A DNA stretch of 64,000 bases from Eledone cirrhosa. Taxonomy: Eukaryota. Positions 38,343 through 53,074 of this stretch are shown here, in pieces. Below the pieces are notes generated by a model. That model had not been told where the DNA came from. It saw nothing but the letters and a program-made list of their open reading frames with translations, and ran no database searches. The translations under genes and the position numbers were made by a program. Position 1 is the stretch's first letter; every line of letters begins with the position of its first letter. Location of the stretch: contig OZ024741.1 of NCBI GenBank assembly GCA_964016885.1, forward strand, positions 319,610,001 through 319,674,000. Direction: 5' to 3'.

Positions 38343-40543
38343 GGATTGCTAGACAATGTGTCAAGGAAAACCGTGATATTGTCGGGGAGAAGTGTGTCCG
38401 TAATGATAATGGTTACTTGTGCTCACTGATACTGATAAGAAGATAGCCTGGAAGTGTCACTACGAGAGACTATTAAATGAGGAGAATAAATGGGAAAAAG
38501 ATAGTCTGCCCCAAATCGATCCAATAGAAGGACCAGTGGTGCAAGTTAAAGGTAGTATAATAAGTAAGGCAATCAAAGATATGAAGACAGGCAAGGCAGC
38601 TGGGCCTTCGGAGATAGTTGCTGAGATGTTGAAGGCATCTGGTATGGTGGGACACACTATGGTCATCCGTATAGTTAACCAAGTAATACAGAATGGGGTC
38701 ATACCGAAAGACTGGCATAGCAGCATCATCATTAACTGCTACAAGGGTAAAGGGGATGCTCTAGATAGGGGAAACTATAGAGGCATTAAGTTAGTTGACC
38801 AGGTCATGAAGGTCACAGAAAGAGTTATAGCGCAATTAATCAGAGAGCGAATTGATCTAGATGAAATGCAGTTTGGGTTTGTGTCAGGTAAAAGTACCAC
38901 AGATGCTCTTTTCCTTGTACGACAACTACAAGAGAAGTACCTAGCTAAAAGTAAACTCCTCTACTTAGCTTTTGTAGACCTGGAGAAAGCTTTTGACAGA
39001 GTCCCCCGCTCCATTATCTGGTGGGCTCTTTGAAAACTAGGTGTAGATGAATGGCTTGTGAGAGCTATATAAGCTATGTATAATGAAACAGTCAGTAAGG
39101 TTAGAATTAACAATGAATATTGTGAAGAATTTAGTGTAAAAGTTGGCGTTCATCAAGGCTCTGTCCTTAGCCCCCTCTTATTTATTATTGCCCTTCAAGC
39201 TATAACAGAGGAGTTCAAGACCGGCTGCCCGTGGGAACTCCTATACGCACATGATCTAACGCTCATAGCTGAATCAATGGCTGAACTAGAGAAGAAATTC
39301 GAAACATGGAAGCATGGCCTAGAATCAAAAAGCCTTAAAGTTAACTTGTCTAAGACTAAAGTTCTAGTTTGTAGAAAGGAAAATAGGGCACAGGTACCCT
39401 CAGAGAAATGGCCATGCTCAGTGTGTAGGAAAGGAGTAGGCAGAAATTCCAATTTATGTCCCAAATACAAAGTATGGGTACATAAAAGATGTAGTGGATC
39501 ACAGGTAAACTATCTAAGAACGTAGACTTTATATGTGGCCAATGCTCGGGTGCAATAAGTAGCAAGTGTCCAAAGGATACTAGCTCCTTCTATTGCCCAG
39601 ATGGTTCTATAGAAATAGTAGACACTTTCCGTTACCTGGGTGACAAAATCAGCAGTGGTGGAGGGTGTTCTGGAAGTACAGTAGCCAGAGTCAGAACGGG
39701 ATGGAAAAAGTTCAGAGAGCTTATACCACTGTTGGCCACAAAAGGTTTCTCTCTAAAAATGAAAGGCAGATTGTATGATGCCTGTATACGAACAGCAATA
39801 CTACATGGCAGTAAGACATGGGCATTACGTGCAGAGGACCTGCGTAGACTGGAAAGGAATGAAGCATGCATGCTCCGTTGGATGTGTACTAGTAATATAC
39901 GTGAACGGCAAAGCATAAATGAACTAAGTGAGGAATTAGGAATAAGAGGGATCAGATGCTGTTTACTTGAGAGAAGACTACATTGGTACAGTGCAGGGTG
40001 ATCAAAATTGATGGTAGTTACGGAGTAAGCAGACCCAGAAAAACTTGGGATGATCTGATAAATTCCGACCTTACACACTTTCATCTCTCTAAGACAATGT
40101 CTCTGGACTGAGATCTTTGGCGCTACGCAGTAATACAGAAGACCCACCTTGCCTATGTACAAAGCGAAACCTACAGTCAGTAGGCACTTCTTAACCAAAT
40201 ATACACCCCAATCCACTACCCCTACCCTATCCTCCCACTCCCACCAACAGCAAGAGATAATGAGAGTGACATCGTGTAGGTGTCACGACAAAAAACACAC
40301 ACAGTCCACGCTGTAATGTGGCCGTATAGGTAACACGGTAAAAAGTTCTCAGTTCCACACTGTAAATGTGGTTGGTGTTAGGAAGGGCATCCAGCCGTAT
40401 AAAACCTGCCAGATAGTCCTATATGAGCGAGACATGGTCACCCGACCAACCTTGCCTCAAGTGGGACAACTCCCGTCTAACCCATGCTAGCGTGGAAAAT
40501 GGACGTTAAACGAAGATGATGATGATGATGATGATGATGATGA
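38343..40543 (+). mobile_element. RTE-clade LINE, 5'-truncated and degraded, with (GAT)n tail
   Basis: MKTGKAAGPSEI.AEMLK, YKGKGD..DRGNYRGIKL, QFGF, FVDLEKAFDRVPR, GVHQGSVLSPLLF, LYAHDL, Cys-rich insert WPCSVC...WVHKRC, KGRLYDAC. Confidence 0.9.
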
Positions 40544-41549
40544 TATATATATAATATTAATTGTTTCTACTTTTGGCACAAGGCCAGCAATTATCCCAGT
40601 GTATTACTAATAAAAATAACAATTATTAAGTTGAAACTTTTCGAGAAGGTCGTAAACTCGATGCATGTGTTACTTTGAACATGCATTGATTCGTTGGTGT
40701 TTTTTTATAAACAACTATATGTATGTATATATGTATATACATATACACACACACACACACATATATATATCTAACGACTCTATCATAAGCATCATGTTAC
40801 CACATTAGCAAATATTTGTTGTCATTTATACATTTATGTACCTATAAATCTACGATCCATCTTTCTCTCTCTCATTGTATTTATATACATATATATATGT
40901 ATATATATATGTATCTATCTATATGTGTGTGTGTGAATGTGGGCCATTGTGTATTTATATTCTCTCCCACCTCATCATTATTTGACGTCTGTTTTACCTG
41001 CTAGCAAGAGTTGGCATGGTTTTCAGAGACAAAATCAGTACTCTAGCTGAGGTAGTTACAACTCTGACGAGCTGGAGGGGCCTACATCTCATTTAGATAA
41101 TTTTCTGCACTCTACCAAGTGCTCAGACAAGTGGGTGGCCCACATCTCACTTACATACATTCCCATGCATATTTAGTGCATTTTATCATGGTACCAGCAT
41201 TATTTGTGAGTGCACATGTGTGTATATAATATCTTGCTGTCAGAAATACAGTGACATGGGGATTTGCTTATTAAAAACTTGTAATCAATGCACTATTGTT
41301 AATATATTTTGATTCAAAATTATACATATGTAAATAAATACATGTGTATGTATATAAGACATTCTATTTCACATTGCTCTAGTCCACTGAGCTGTACCTG
41401 TAATTCAAAGAGCCAAACTTGTCACCCACTCCATAACACTGAATCTCTATGAGAACTACGTATACTGAACCACAGTCTCATTAATTTCAGGTGCAGGCTG
41501 TTCTTTTGTTCAAACAATCGGAATGCATGTCATTGAAACCAGAGGTCCA

Positions 41550-41581
<32 letters not shown>

Positions 41582-42535
41582 ACACATTCATACACATATA
41601 TATTTGTGCATATGGACAATTTCTCTTAAACACATTAAATTGAAAGCACAGCTGTTTCTTTTATTTTATTGGTTCTTTATGGCTAGTTTATAAGTAACTG
41701 CTCTTATTTATTACTATGTTGTTTTATCCATTTGTTAATATAACACACTGTCTATCTCTCTCACACACACATGTAACTATGCCAACAGTGTTATAGTAAG
41801 TAAAGTTGACAGACCATAAAAAATACATTTATTTACACAAAACAACAAATCTTTCTAAAGGCATCGCAAGATAAAATGCCACCTTTCCATCACTCCACTT
41901 CATGTGACTGAAAGATGAAGGTACCAGAAATTTGTCATTGTGGTCTGTTATTGAATCTATATTCTTGAGGATCTAGGTTGTGTTATTATGATTTTATGTT
42001 CACTTTCTATAACCACTTAGGTTAGATGAATTCTTAGTTTCCGAGTGGCTTTTTATTTGACGTTACTGCCATTTTAGATGGATTGGAGGACATCTAACTT
42101 GTATGTACCATTTTGGCATGGTTTCTACAGTTATATGCCTTACATTTTATCAACCACTTTAAAGAGTATAATGGATGTATTTTATTGTGACCCTAGCACC
42201 AAAAAGGTTACATTAATCTCTGCAAAGGAGTGTTCTCTACATTGTATTTATTCTTTTAGGGAGAAATGGGACTGGGACCATGAGTGTATGCATTACGGAA
42301 AATCACTACAGAGATATATCTTTATAAATATATATAGTAGATATAAACGCACATTCATTCACACATCACAGTGATAGCAGATGTTAAATGATGATGATGA
42401 TATATATGTATATTATGACATAATAAATATGAGACTGTTATCATTTTTATATCTCTAAATAGTCAACTCAACATTAATGTGTGTATATATATATAAATAT
42501 ATATATATACACACATTAATGTTGAGTTGACTAGT

Positions 42536-42576
<41 letters not shown>

Positions 42577-42616
42577 CAAGCAGGGAAAAGCGGACGTAAA
42601 ATGATGATGATGATGA

Positions 42617-42657
<41 letters not shown>

Positions 42658-43317
42658 TATGGACACACACACTCAAACATAATCACATACAAACACACAC
42701 ACATATAGACATATATTAATTTTTATGTGTGCATTTATAAGTGTGGGTATGCATATGAATGTGCATACGTCTGTGTGTATGCACATTCGTGTTTCTAAGG
42801 TAAAGTATACACCAAGTCTCTCAGCAAAGGCAATTTAGCTACTTACATTTAGTCGAAGAATGTCAATAATTAACTGACAATTTAATGATGAATTTTCTCA
42901 GTATGTAATCGAACTGTTTATGGATATTTAGTGGAGTCAACATCGGACATCTCTGCGGGGTATTGAAGAATTAGATAAAAGTATTTACGGTTGAAATATC
43001 TTAATAAATTTAACCTAGCTGGATGTTGATACATCTAAATGTGCATATCTATCTTGCTGTCTATCTACCTATCTCTATCTCTCTTGATATATACATAATA
43101 ATTATCATCATCATAAACATTTTTGCATCCATTTTTCCGTGCTTGCATAGGTTAAGCTCCATAATATACACAAATTACACAAATGAAATAGATCTCATCC
43201 TGTAGAAGTAATTTCTATAATAGAATAATGATGCTTATACTCTACTAATGTATTGAGTACCTTTTTTAACTGTGGTTACCTCTCGATATACATCGTGAAT
43301 CCACTTATATATATATA

Positions 43318-43661
43318 TCATCATCATCATCATCATTTCATTTTACGTCCACTTTTCCCTGCTTGCAAGGGTGGGACGGGAACTGGTTCTGGCTTGATTT
43401 CTACAGCTGGATGCCCTTCCTAACACCAACCTCATTTACAGTGAGTGCTGGGTGCTTTTTTGCCGTGGCACCCCCACGACCACTTTGCAGTGGAATGATA
43501 GGGACCCCAGTCCCTATCATCTCATTTCTACAGCTGAGTAAACTGGAGCAATGTGAAATAAAGTGTCTTGCTCAAGGAAACAACACATCACTCGGTCTGG
43601 GAATTGAACTCACAACCTTTCGATTGCAAGGCCAATGCTCTAACCACTAAGCCATGTGCCT

Positions 43662-43663
<2 letters not shown>
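43318..43663 (-). mobile_element. tRNA-headed CORE-type SINE family B, full length (also 50826-51135 plus, 59767-60113 minus)
   Basis: GGAGGCACATGGCTTAGTGGTTAGAGC (A box), GTTCAATTCCC (B box), CORE-like TCCTTGAGCAAGACACTT, RTE-type tail ending (GAT)n. Confidence 0.85.
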
Positions 43664-43727
<64 letters not shown>

Positions 43728-45668
43728 TCATCATCATCATCCTCGTTTAACGTCCATCTTCCACGCTAGCATGGGTTGGACGGGAGTTGCCCCACTTGAG
43801 GCAAGGTTGGTCGGGTGACCGTCTCTCGCTCATATAGGACTATCTGGCAGGTTTTCTACGGTTGGATGCCCTTCCTAACACCAACCACATTTACAGTGTG
43901 GACTTGGAACTTTTTACCGTGTTACCTACACGGCCACATTACAGCGTGGACTGTGTGATTTTTTGTCGTGACGCCTACACGATCGCGATCTCGATCAAAT
44001 ATTTTGGCCCAGTGTATATATCAAATCACATATTACTTCAATTCATTTGCATCTTGTCATTGCATTAATATTCGAAGGACCAGCCTTGTCACATTCTGTA
44101 TGCATGTGAATCTCCCTGAGAATTACATTAAGGGTATGAGTGTCAGTGGAATGCTCTATCACTTGTATGTTAATGAGAAGGCTGTTCCTTTGATTGTATC
44201 AACTGGAACACTCATTGTTGTAACCGATGGAGTGTCAATTATATTTATAATATAATATAATGTAATATATATAATTGTTTCTACTTTTGGCACAAAGCCA
44301 GCAATTACCCAGTGTATTATTTTATCGACCCCGTAAGGATGAAAGGCAAAGTTAACCTCGGCGGGATTTGAACTCAGACCATAAAGGGACGTAACTCTAT
44401 GCTTCAAAGCATGGTGTCCGACTCTCTACCGATACTGCCAATCCATAATGTAATATATATAATGAACTGAAATCACAAGGTCTTCCAGAAGCCGACTGAT
44501 GATAAGGGACTGTTCTGTATTTCATCCATTTTTTCGTTCTCTTCATCCATCTCTTTTTAAAAATATATGTACTGTATTTGCTGGCCTATTGGATGCCTTT
44601 CATATAAGACACGCCCTGGTTTTATAAAGACATTTTGAGAAAAAAATAATTTTAGTATAATTCTTCATGAATTTATTCAAAATTATTTCATTATACATCT
44701 GCACAATTACAAAACCTACAATAGTTAAAATAAAATCTACTGTTATTAATACATGCAGACAAAACAATTTCTGGTATTTCAGCAAAAACAGACAAAGCAA
44801 GAGACAAAATACCACTACAATAAATCTAGGTAAATACCTATAGCTAACCAAAACAAATATTTCTGTAAAATGTGTTTCCTTCTACAAAGTGTAAAACAAA
44901 TCACTGTGCAGTTTCATAAATTTCAAAGCATTCCTATAGTCCAGTACATGCAAAGCAGAAATCAGTATTACAGTAAAAATTAGTACTAGGCAAGAACAAA
45001 AGAAAACAATAGTAACTCCTTGAAATTTGAATGTAATCTTGCAACTCCAAATATTTTTGTTCTGGCTCACATATGTAGGTTATTTCTCCGTATAAATCTA
45101 GCTCACCATGGTATTGAACGTGTGAAATCACTGATGTCCCTGGTCATTGCTACCTGTCTTGATCATTTTGGTAGATACCCAGCACACACTGTAATGTGAT
45201 TGTGTAGGTGTCATGCAAAAAGTGCCCAGTCCACATTGTAAAATAGTCATGTAGGTGTCACGACAAAAAGCATCCAGCCCACACTGTAAAGTGGTCAGGT
45301 AGGAGTCATGACAAAAAGCACCCTGCACACACTGTAAATGTGGTTGGTATTAGGAAGGGCATCCAGCTGTAGAGATCTAGCCAGAAACAATTCTGTATGA
45401 GCAGGACATGGTCAGCTGATCCAACTTGCCTCAAATGGGACAACCCGTCTAACTCATGCCAGCATGGAAAGTGGATGTTAAAAGATGATGATGATGATGC
45501 TGACTGCATTGACTGAACTCCTTTCATTTAATACCCATGTGTTTAGTTCCTCTTGAACTTCTGGCCATTTTACAATCCCTCTCCAGAGAATGAGTTTACT
45601 ATGCTGAGCATCTTTTAACTGCTCCTCTTGTTTTCTCCAACTATATGTATTTTTTGCTGATATAAATA

Positions 45669-45770
45669 TACAGGGTGTTCCTCCAAAATGTATATAGACT
45701 TAGATTACCTGTACAGACAATATTCATAAGAATGCTGTTGGTGTGTTTACATTTTTTAGGACATCTTGTA
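45669..45770. mobile_element. Short Tc1/mariner-type MITE
   Basis: TA-CAGGGTGTTCCTCCAAAATGTATA ... TTTACATTTTTTAGGACATCTTG-TA degenerate TIRs. Confidence 0.55.
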
Positions 45771-45995
45771 TATAAATATATATGTATAAACCTTTCTGTA
45801 TCTATCATTGTTGTGTTATATGTATGGCCAGTACCTTTGGTCATTTTTCTTGGTGTCACACTTCATAACTGTTGTCTTTACTCTGGACCTAAAGTTTTTA
45901 ACTTTTGCTCCATTAAGTGTTTTGTGATTGCTTCAAACAAATCGAATAGTACTTGCTGTGCCACAGCTAAAACTTTGATTTATAGCTCTTATATG

Positions 45996-46096
<101 letters not shown>

Positions 46097-46270
46097 ATGA
46101 TATTAAATAAATGGAAACTATATTTCTAAAACCATATTTATTCAATTTTATATATTTCAAGAGTACCAAAATTTAGGTACGCTATCATCAGATAAAATAC
46201 AAAATGTTTTATAAATATTTGACATGACCAAGGATAATATACCTTAACGGTTCAAGTTATCCCTGGAAAG

Positions 46271-46298
<28 letters not shown>

Positions 46299-46303
<5 letters not shown>

Positions 46304-46490
46304 AGTAAGTAAGACCCCGACGGCTGAGCTCAAGCCGTTTCGACGGCTAATTCTGTACAGAATTAGCCGTCGAAACGGCTTGAGCTCAGCCGTCGGGGTC
46401 TTACTTACTCCTATTACCCACTCTACTACCCTAAGTATTGAGTATTTTGGTGCGTTATGGTCTACCTGGTTCCTTACCACTTTTCCCTCG

Positions 46491-46492
<2 letters not shown>
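46299..46492 (+). mobile_element. Perfect ~115-bp palindrome (centre CTGTACAG) plus one-sided extension; PLE-type fold-back with HHR 3' half
   Basis: Arms 46299-46356 and 46357-46414; the extension is homologous to the 37671-37760 sequence. Confidence 0.8.
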
Positions 46493-46553
<61 letters not shown>

Positions 46554-46625
46554 TAACCCTTGCAAGCAGGGAAAAGCGGACGTAAAATGATGATGATGAT
46601 ATATATATATATACAGTACATATAA

Positions 46626-46776
<151 letters not shown>

Positions 46777-46800
46777 CACACACACACATATATATATATA

Positions 46801-47860
46801 TATTTATTAAAATAGCAGATTAAAGTTTAAGCAAAGAATCGCTGCTTTCACCCTTAACGGGATCTTCTGAAACTAAAAAAGTCAATCTGTGAACGCAGAA
46901 GTAAATATTTCAAAAAGCGTTGCAACCAAAGGAAGACAGGAAGACGATACTTTGGTTCGTGGAAACATTCCCTGGCAACGAACGGAAAAAAAAACGAAGA
47001 TAATACGTCATAATTTGGTGCGGTGAAAACAATTACACGCAAAGACAAAACCACGTTTATGGTATAAATGAAGTCGTAGACTAATATTCTATTGGGTGGT
47101 TCAAGGAGACGTTCTCTGGCAATGAACGAAAAAAACGAAGATAATACGTTATTATGTGGAGCGGTGAGAACAATTACACGCAAAGACAGAACCTCGTAAA
47201 TGGTATAACTGAAGTCGTAGACTAAAATTCTATTTAGGAAATCGAATGATTATCGGCTTCAGAGTTAAGAATAAAGTAAATATAATACAGAGATAATTGA
47301 AATTAAATATATACATACACGCATCCATATACGTACGTACACAAGCATACGCGAAAACACTCGCCATGGGTATGCAAATACAAGCACGTACACAAAAAAA
47401 CACGCACGCACATACAGAACCCACGCAATGCCTGTACCCACACAGATACGAACGTATACACGTATACACGTATACACGTTCATTGCCAGAGAATAATGGA
47501 ATATTAATCTACGACTTCATTTATACCATAAACGTGGTTTTGTCTTTGCGCGTAATTGTTTTCACTGCACCAAATTATGACGTATTATCTTCGTTTTTTA
47601 CGTTCTTTGCCAGGGAATGTTTCCACGAACCAAAGTATCGTCTTCCTGTCTTCCTTCGGTTGCAACGTTTTTTCAAATATTTACTTCTGTGTTCACAGAT
47701 TGACTTTTTTTAAGTTCAGAAGATCCCGTTAAGGGTGAAAGCAGAGATTCTTTGCTTAAACTTTAATCTGTTATTTTAATAAATATTTGCTCTATGGTTC
47801 TTATATATCTGATATATATTTATCCTTATCGAGCCCTCTTTGGATTTTAGTCTTCAAATA
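46801..47860. mobile_element. Second copy of the non-coding fold-back family of 30335-31603, in opposite orientation
   Basis: Inverted arms starting TATTTATTAAAATA(A/G)CAGATT; the terminal extension lies on the right (47788-47860); CAGAAGA HHR in both arms. Confidence 0.8.
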
Positions 47861-47896
47861 TATTATTATTACTATTATTATTATTATTGTTGTTAT

Positions 47897-50432
47897 TCCT
47901 TGAATCTCAGTCATTGATGTTGGTTAACTGGAAAGTCCGTTGGGATGAATATCAAGCCACTACCTGCAGCCTCAGATATTCAGGACGTATCGGAGGGTTC
48001 TTGCTGTTCCAAGCAAGCATGCCTTTTGAAGCGTTCCAAAAAGCGTGAAGGGGCCGATTTTCTTTAACCATCCCTGGAAACTTTTGGAGATAGTCCCCAG
48101 TGCGCCTATGACAATCGGGATCACTTTGACTTCATGGCAGTTCCAAATCCTTTTCACCTCCCACTTTAGGTTCTGGTATCGGTTAATTTTCTCCCTCTCC
48201 TTCTCTTGCACTCTCGTGTCGAACGGGCAGGCCACATCCACAATCAGACACGATCTTTTTTCTTTGTCCACAACCACCAGGTCAGGTCTATTGTGTTCCA
48301 GTTTTTTGTCCGTCTGTATCCTAAAATCCCACAGCACCTTCACCTGATTGTTCTCCATCACCGCCTCCGGCCTATGCTCATACCATTTCTCAGAATGTGG
48401 TAAATTGTTTACTTTGCACAGGTGCCAGTGGATCACCCTGCCCATCACATCGTGTCTCCAGCCCTTATAGTGGGTCTGGGCTAGGTGTTTACACTCGGAC
48501 ACAATGTGAGCCACAGTCTCCTCTCTCTCTCCACAGATCCTGCACAGTGGGCTAGCCTCCTCCTTGTAAATATGGTGCTTCAACCACTTCGTTTTGAGGG
48601 CCTGCTCCTGCGCAGCCATTATCATTCCTTCTGTAGCCTTTTTGAGGTCTCCTCTTCTCAACCAGTTCCATGTCTGTGGATCTCTAAATTCAGTTTTCTC
48701 AAAGAAGGTACTATGAAGGGATTTTCCCTTAAGGCTGCTCTTCCTCCTTGATGTTATTTCCTCCTTGGACATCCCCTGGCCTATTGTCCCCTCCTTCAGT
48801 ACAGTTTTGAGCATTGGCTCCTTACTATAGGTCACGTATTTGTATAGGTTGTTTTTCTCCATCTGAACACAGTCCTCTATGCTGATAAGACCTCTTCCAC
48901 CCTCAGATCTCCTTAGGTAGAGTCTATCGACATCACTCCTCTTGTGGAACATGTTGTAGATAGTCAATAGCTTCCTAGTCTTCCTATCCATTTCTTTTTG
49001 TTCAGCAACATTCCATCTCAGAATTCCCGCACTGTACCTAATAATAGACACAGCTCGGGAATTTACTGCGCTTATGGCATTTCTGCTGTTCAGATGTGAC
49101 TTCAATACGCTCCTTACTCTCCGAATGTATTCAGTTCTTAACAATTCCTTCATTGTTTTGTTCTTTATGCCATCAGCCTCCAGAACGCCCAAATACTTGT
49201 ATCCTTCCTCAGAGTCAATTTCCTTTATCATCTCACCTGTTGGTATCTGGATCCCGCTACTTCTGCTCAACCTACCCCTCCTCATCACAATGACTCCACA
49301 TTTACCAATACCAAACTGCATACATATATCACTGCTGAAAATACGGACAGTGTCAACAAGCACATCCAACTCCTTCTCACTTTTCCCGAAGAGCTTAAGA
49401 TCGTCCATGAAGAGGAGGTGATTGATGGTAAGCTCTCCCCTTCCCAACTTGTATCCTGCTCTCACTTTTCGCAGCATAATGGTCAAGGGCATTAGGGCAA
49501 GGACAAACAACAGAGGGGACAGGCTATCTCCCTGGAAGATACCTCTCTTGATCTTCACGCTTCCCAAGGATACTCCAGTTGATGTCAACTCTGTCTCCCA
49601 GGACCCCATACTCCTGCCCAGCAACTGTCTGATGTTATCTGCCACCCTGAAGATCTCCAGGCTTTTGGTGATCCAAGAATGAGGCACCATGTCAAATGCC
49701 TTTCTGTAGTCTATCCATCCCATGGCAAGATCAGTGTGTCTCCTCCTGCAATTCCCCATTACCATCTTATCAATAAGTAACTGGTCCTTTGTACCACGTG
49801 ACTTCTTTCGGCATCCTTTCTGTTCGTCCGGTAACAAGTTGTTTGTGTGGAGGTGATGGTAGATTTCCTCGTCAAAAGTTTCCACATTACGGACAGACAT
49901 GTGATAGGTCTATAGTTGGTAACATCATTACCCTTGATTCGGTCTTTCATTATCAGAACTGTGGTACCTTTTGTCAACTACTCTGGCACCTCACCCGACA
50001 CCAAGCAGTCATTGAACATGGCCGTCAGCTTCGGGTGGAGGGATGTTAAATGTTTAATCCAATACCCCTGCACACCATCTGGGCCTGGTGATTTCCAGTT
50101 GGTTAGTTTTTTGGCCTGCCCCTTAAGAGTATCAACTGTGATACTCAAATCAGTTTGTTGTTGTGCCTGCTCACCGATCTCCCTCTGTACTGTCTCAATC
50201 CACCCTGCCTGGGCATTATGTCTAACATCCTGCTCCCATATTCCTCTCCAGAATGTTTTAGTTTGTTCCGCCCCAGGGATCAAGTCGTTGCCTCTTTCTT
50301 TCCCCTCAAGCTGTCCAAACAGCATCTTCTGGTTGTTGTCGAACATGCGGTTCTGTTTATACTGACTGACTCTGTTCTCGTATCTCCTGATTTTTGCACT
50401 CTTTGCTACAATGCGTTGCTTCAATTCCTCTA
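47897..50432 (-). mobile_element. R4/Dong-clade non-LTR retrotransposon (RT, CCHC, restriction-like endonuclease), 5'-truncated, one frameshift
   Basis: NWKSPGPDG, QKGC...[41 protein letters not shown]...[18 protein letters not shown]...VDV...EKINRY; flanked on both sides by (TTA)n. Confidence 0.92.
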
Positions 50433-50440
50433 TGATAATA

Positions 50441-50473
<33 letters not shown>

Positions 50474-50531
50474 TTTTATTATTATTATTATTATTATTGC
50501 TTAAAGCTTTCTCTGTTAATGTATTAAATAT

Positions 50532-50670
<139 letters not shown>

Positions 50671-50728
50671 AACGAGTAGGACCCCGACGGCTGAGCTCAA
50701 GCCGTTTCGACGGCTAATTCTGGACTAA

Positions 50729-50798
<70 letters not shown>

Positions 50799-51319
50799 AT
50801 ATATATATATATATTTATATATATTTGGAGGCACATGGCTTAGTGGTAAGAGCATTGGAGTTCAATTCTCAGACCAGGTCATGTGTTGTTTCCTTGAGCA
50901 AGACACTTTATTTCACATTGCTCCAGTTTACTCAGCTGTAGAAATGATATGATAGGACTGGGGTCTCTATCATTCCACTGCAAAGTGGTCGTGGGGGTGC
51001 CACGGCCAAAAAAGCACCCGGCACTCACTGTTAATGAGGTTGGTGTTAGAAAGGGCATCCAGCTGTAGAAATCAAGCCACAATCAGTTCCCGTCCCACCC
51101 TTGCAAGCAGGGAAAAGCGGACGGAAAATGGTGATTATATAATGAATGAACTATTGTTAAGACAGAGTTACTTTTACATAATCACAACATTGTTTTACAT
51201 ACCTGGCCTGTGATGTGGTGAATAATCACACACCTCACAATTACATACATAAATACCCACACCCACACATATACTCAAAGCTACCACAGGTTTCTAATTG
51301 TGTTCTATCTTTTTGTCAG

Positions 51320-51389
51320 GTGTGTTGAAACTATGTTTGAAACTGTGACCGCTGAAACTATAGCAACTTTCTATGATGCTGCGTTAAGG
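51320..51389 (+). CDS. BTBD16: BTBD16-like exon C
   Basis: tttttgtcag|G...AGG|gtatgt. Encodes (R)CVETMFETVTAETIATFYDAALR, continuing the phase-2 end of exon B. Confidence 0.82.
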
Positions 51390-51860
51390 GTATGTCTTCT
51401 TTTAAAATAAATACTGGTTTTTAGGTGGATTCTGCGGCTAGAAAGATATTTATGGCTTATAGTATATCCCTGAGTTTGCACTGCATCCATGACCCAGCAT
51501 GTCACCTTGGTTAACTCCAACACCTGTTCTTATTTCATAGGATCCGACTATTTGCAACCAATCCAGCCAGACATATCTCCACTGACTGGCCGTTTTCAGT
51601 CATTTTGAGTTTAAATCTCCCTATGAAGTCAAATTTACTATTCATTCTTCCAGGTTCAATATTATAAATACCAATCAAATACTGAAGATATTATTTGACT
51701 CTTTGTCCTCTTTTCTAAAATTGTGGCTAGCTGCCCATGAAGGTGTTTTGTGGGCCTGTAACTCCTGATGGAGCTGTAGGGGGACTGTAGTGACATATAG
51801 TGTGTGTCTTGGGCATTTTAACCCTGGCAGAGCCCATCCCCTACCTAGATCTTCCAGGGT

Positions 51861-51882
51861 GGAGAGAGAGAGAGAGAGAGAG

Positions 51883-51927
<45 letters not shown>

Positions 51928-51933
51928 GAGAGA

Positions 51934-52001
<68 letters not shown>

Positions 52002-52007
52002 GAGAGA

Positions 52008-52051
<44 letters not shown>

Positions 52052-52080
52052 GAGAGAGATAAAGAGGGAGAGTGAGAGAG
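51861..52080. repeat. (GA)n microsatellite
   Basis: Direct inspection. Confidence 0.95.
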
Positions 52081-52702
52081 AAGGTGGAAATAAGAAAGAG
52101 ATATATAGATGGTACTTGTTTATGAACCTCGAAAGGATGAAAGGCAAAGTTGACAATGGGAGTTTTGTTCCTCTGAGTTCAGACCTAGTGTACGTTTACA
52201 TCATCACCATTTTACGTCCATTCTTCCATGCTAGCATGGGTTAGATGAGTTGTCCTGTTGTGGGCAATGCCAGATTAGGTGACCATGTTTTAATCATAAC
52301 ATATATATATTCATATAAAATCAATTCAGACAAAACACACACATACACACACAAAAACGACTAAAAGCATTCACCATTAAAAATAAGAAGCAAGTCAGAA
52401 ACATTAACTAATGGGAACGCCTCAATGCATTATGTCTTTACATTTTGGAAAGTCAAAGTTTATTATAAAAAAGAAACAATAGAATAAGTGAAAAAAAAAG
52501 TTAACACTGGTGGTTTTGAATTCAAAGCACAGAGAGCTGGTACGAGTACCCCAATGTTTTCTATCCAACATCCTAATGAGTCTGCTATATTGCCAAGGTT
52601 ATATGACGAACCTTTATTTGACAAAATGCATTATATCTTCAATGAATGATTTACAATCTACTTAATTTCTAAATGATTGATTTGTTTTGTTTTGCATTTT
52701 AG

Positions 52703-52765
52703 CATAAACTTCATGACTGTGTCACGTTTTGTGAACATTGGATTGAATTACACTTGATACCAACT
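52703..52765 (+). CDS. BTBD16: BTBD16-like exon D (BACK-like region start)
   Basis: gcattttag|CAT...ACT|gtaagt. Encodes HKLHDCVTFCEHWIELHLIPT (compare recalled BTBD16 CEKWLEMNLVP), phase 0. Confidence 0.8.
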
Positions 52766-53074
52766 GTAAGTATGCAAAATATTACACAAAAGTATGATGT
52801 ACAGTATTTGAAAGTTTTTCTTCTAAGCCATAGTCTCTTGCTAAATGAGTTTCGAGATGATAAAATCGAATCCACTGCATGTGTTTTATTGTGACTCCTG
52901 TGCTCGTTATTTGATTATACATTTCCACATTACACTTATGCATACACACAGACACACAGACATCACACAGTGTGTGTGTGTGTGTGTGTGTGTAAAGATA
53001 CTGAATATGTATTCTAGAGTAATAAACTACGTATTTACTATATTATATAACCTCCCTATATATATATATATATA

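Noticed and set aside
43590-43663. tRNA gene
   Set aside because: The A and B boxes belong to a SINE head, and no complete cloverleaf can be drawn.
44496-44530. Isolated CTGATGA
   Set aside because: No downstream GAAA or stems; a chance match.
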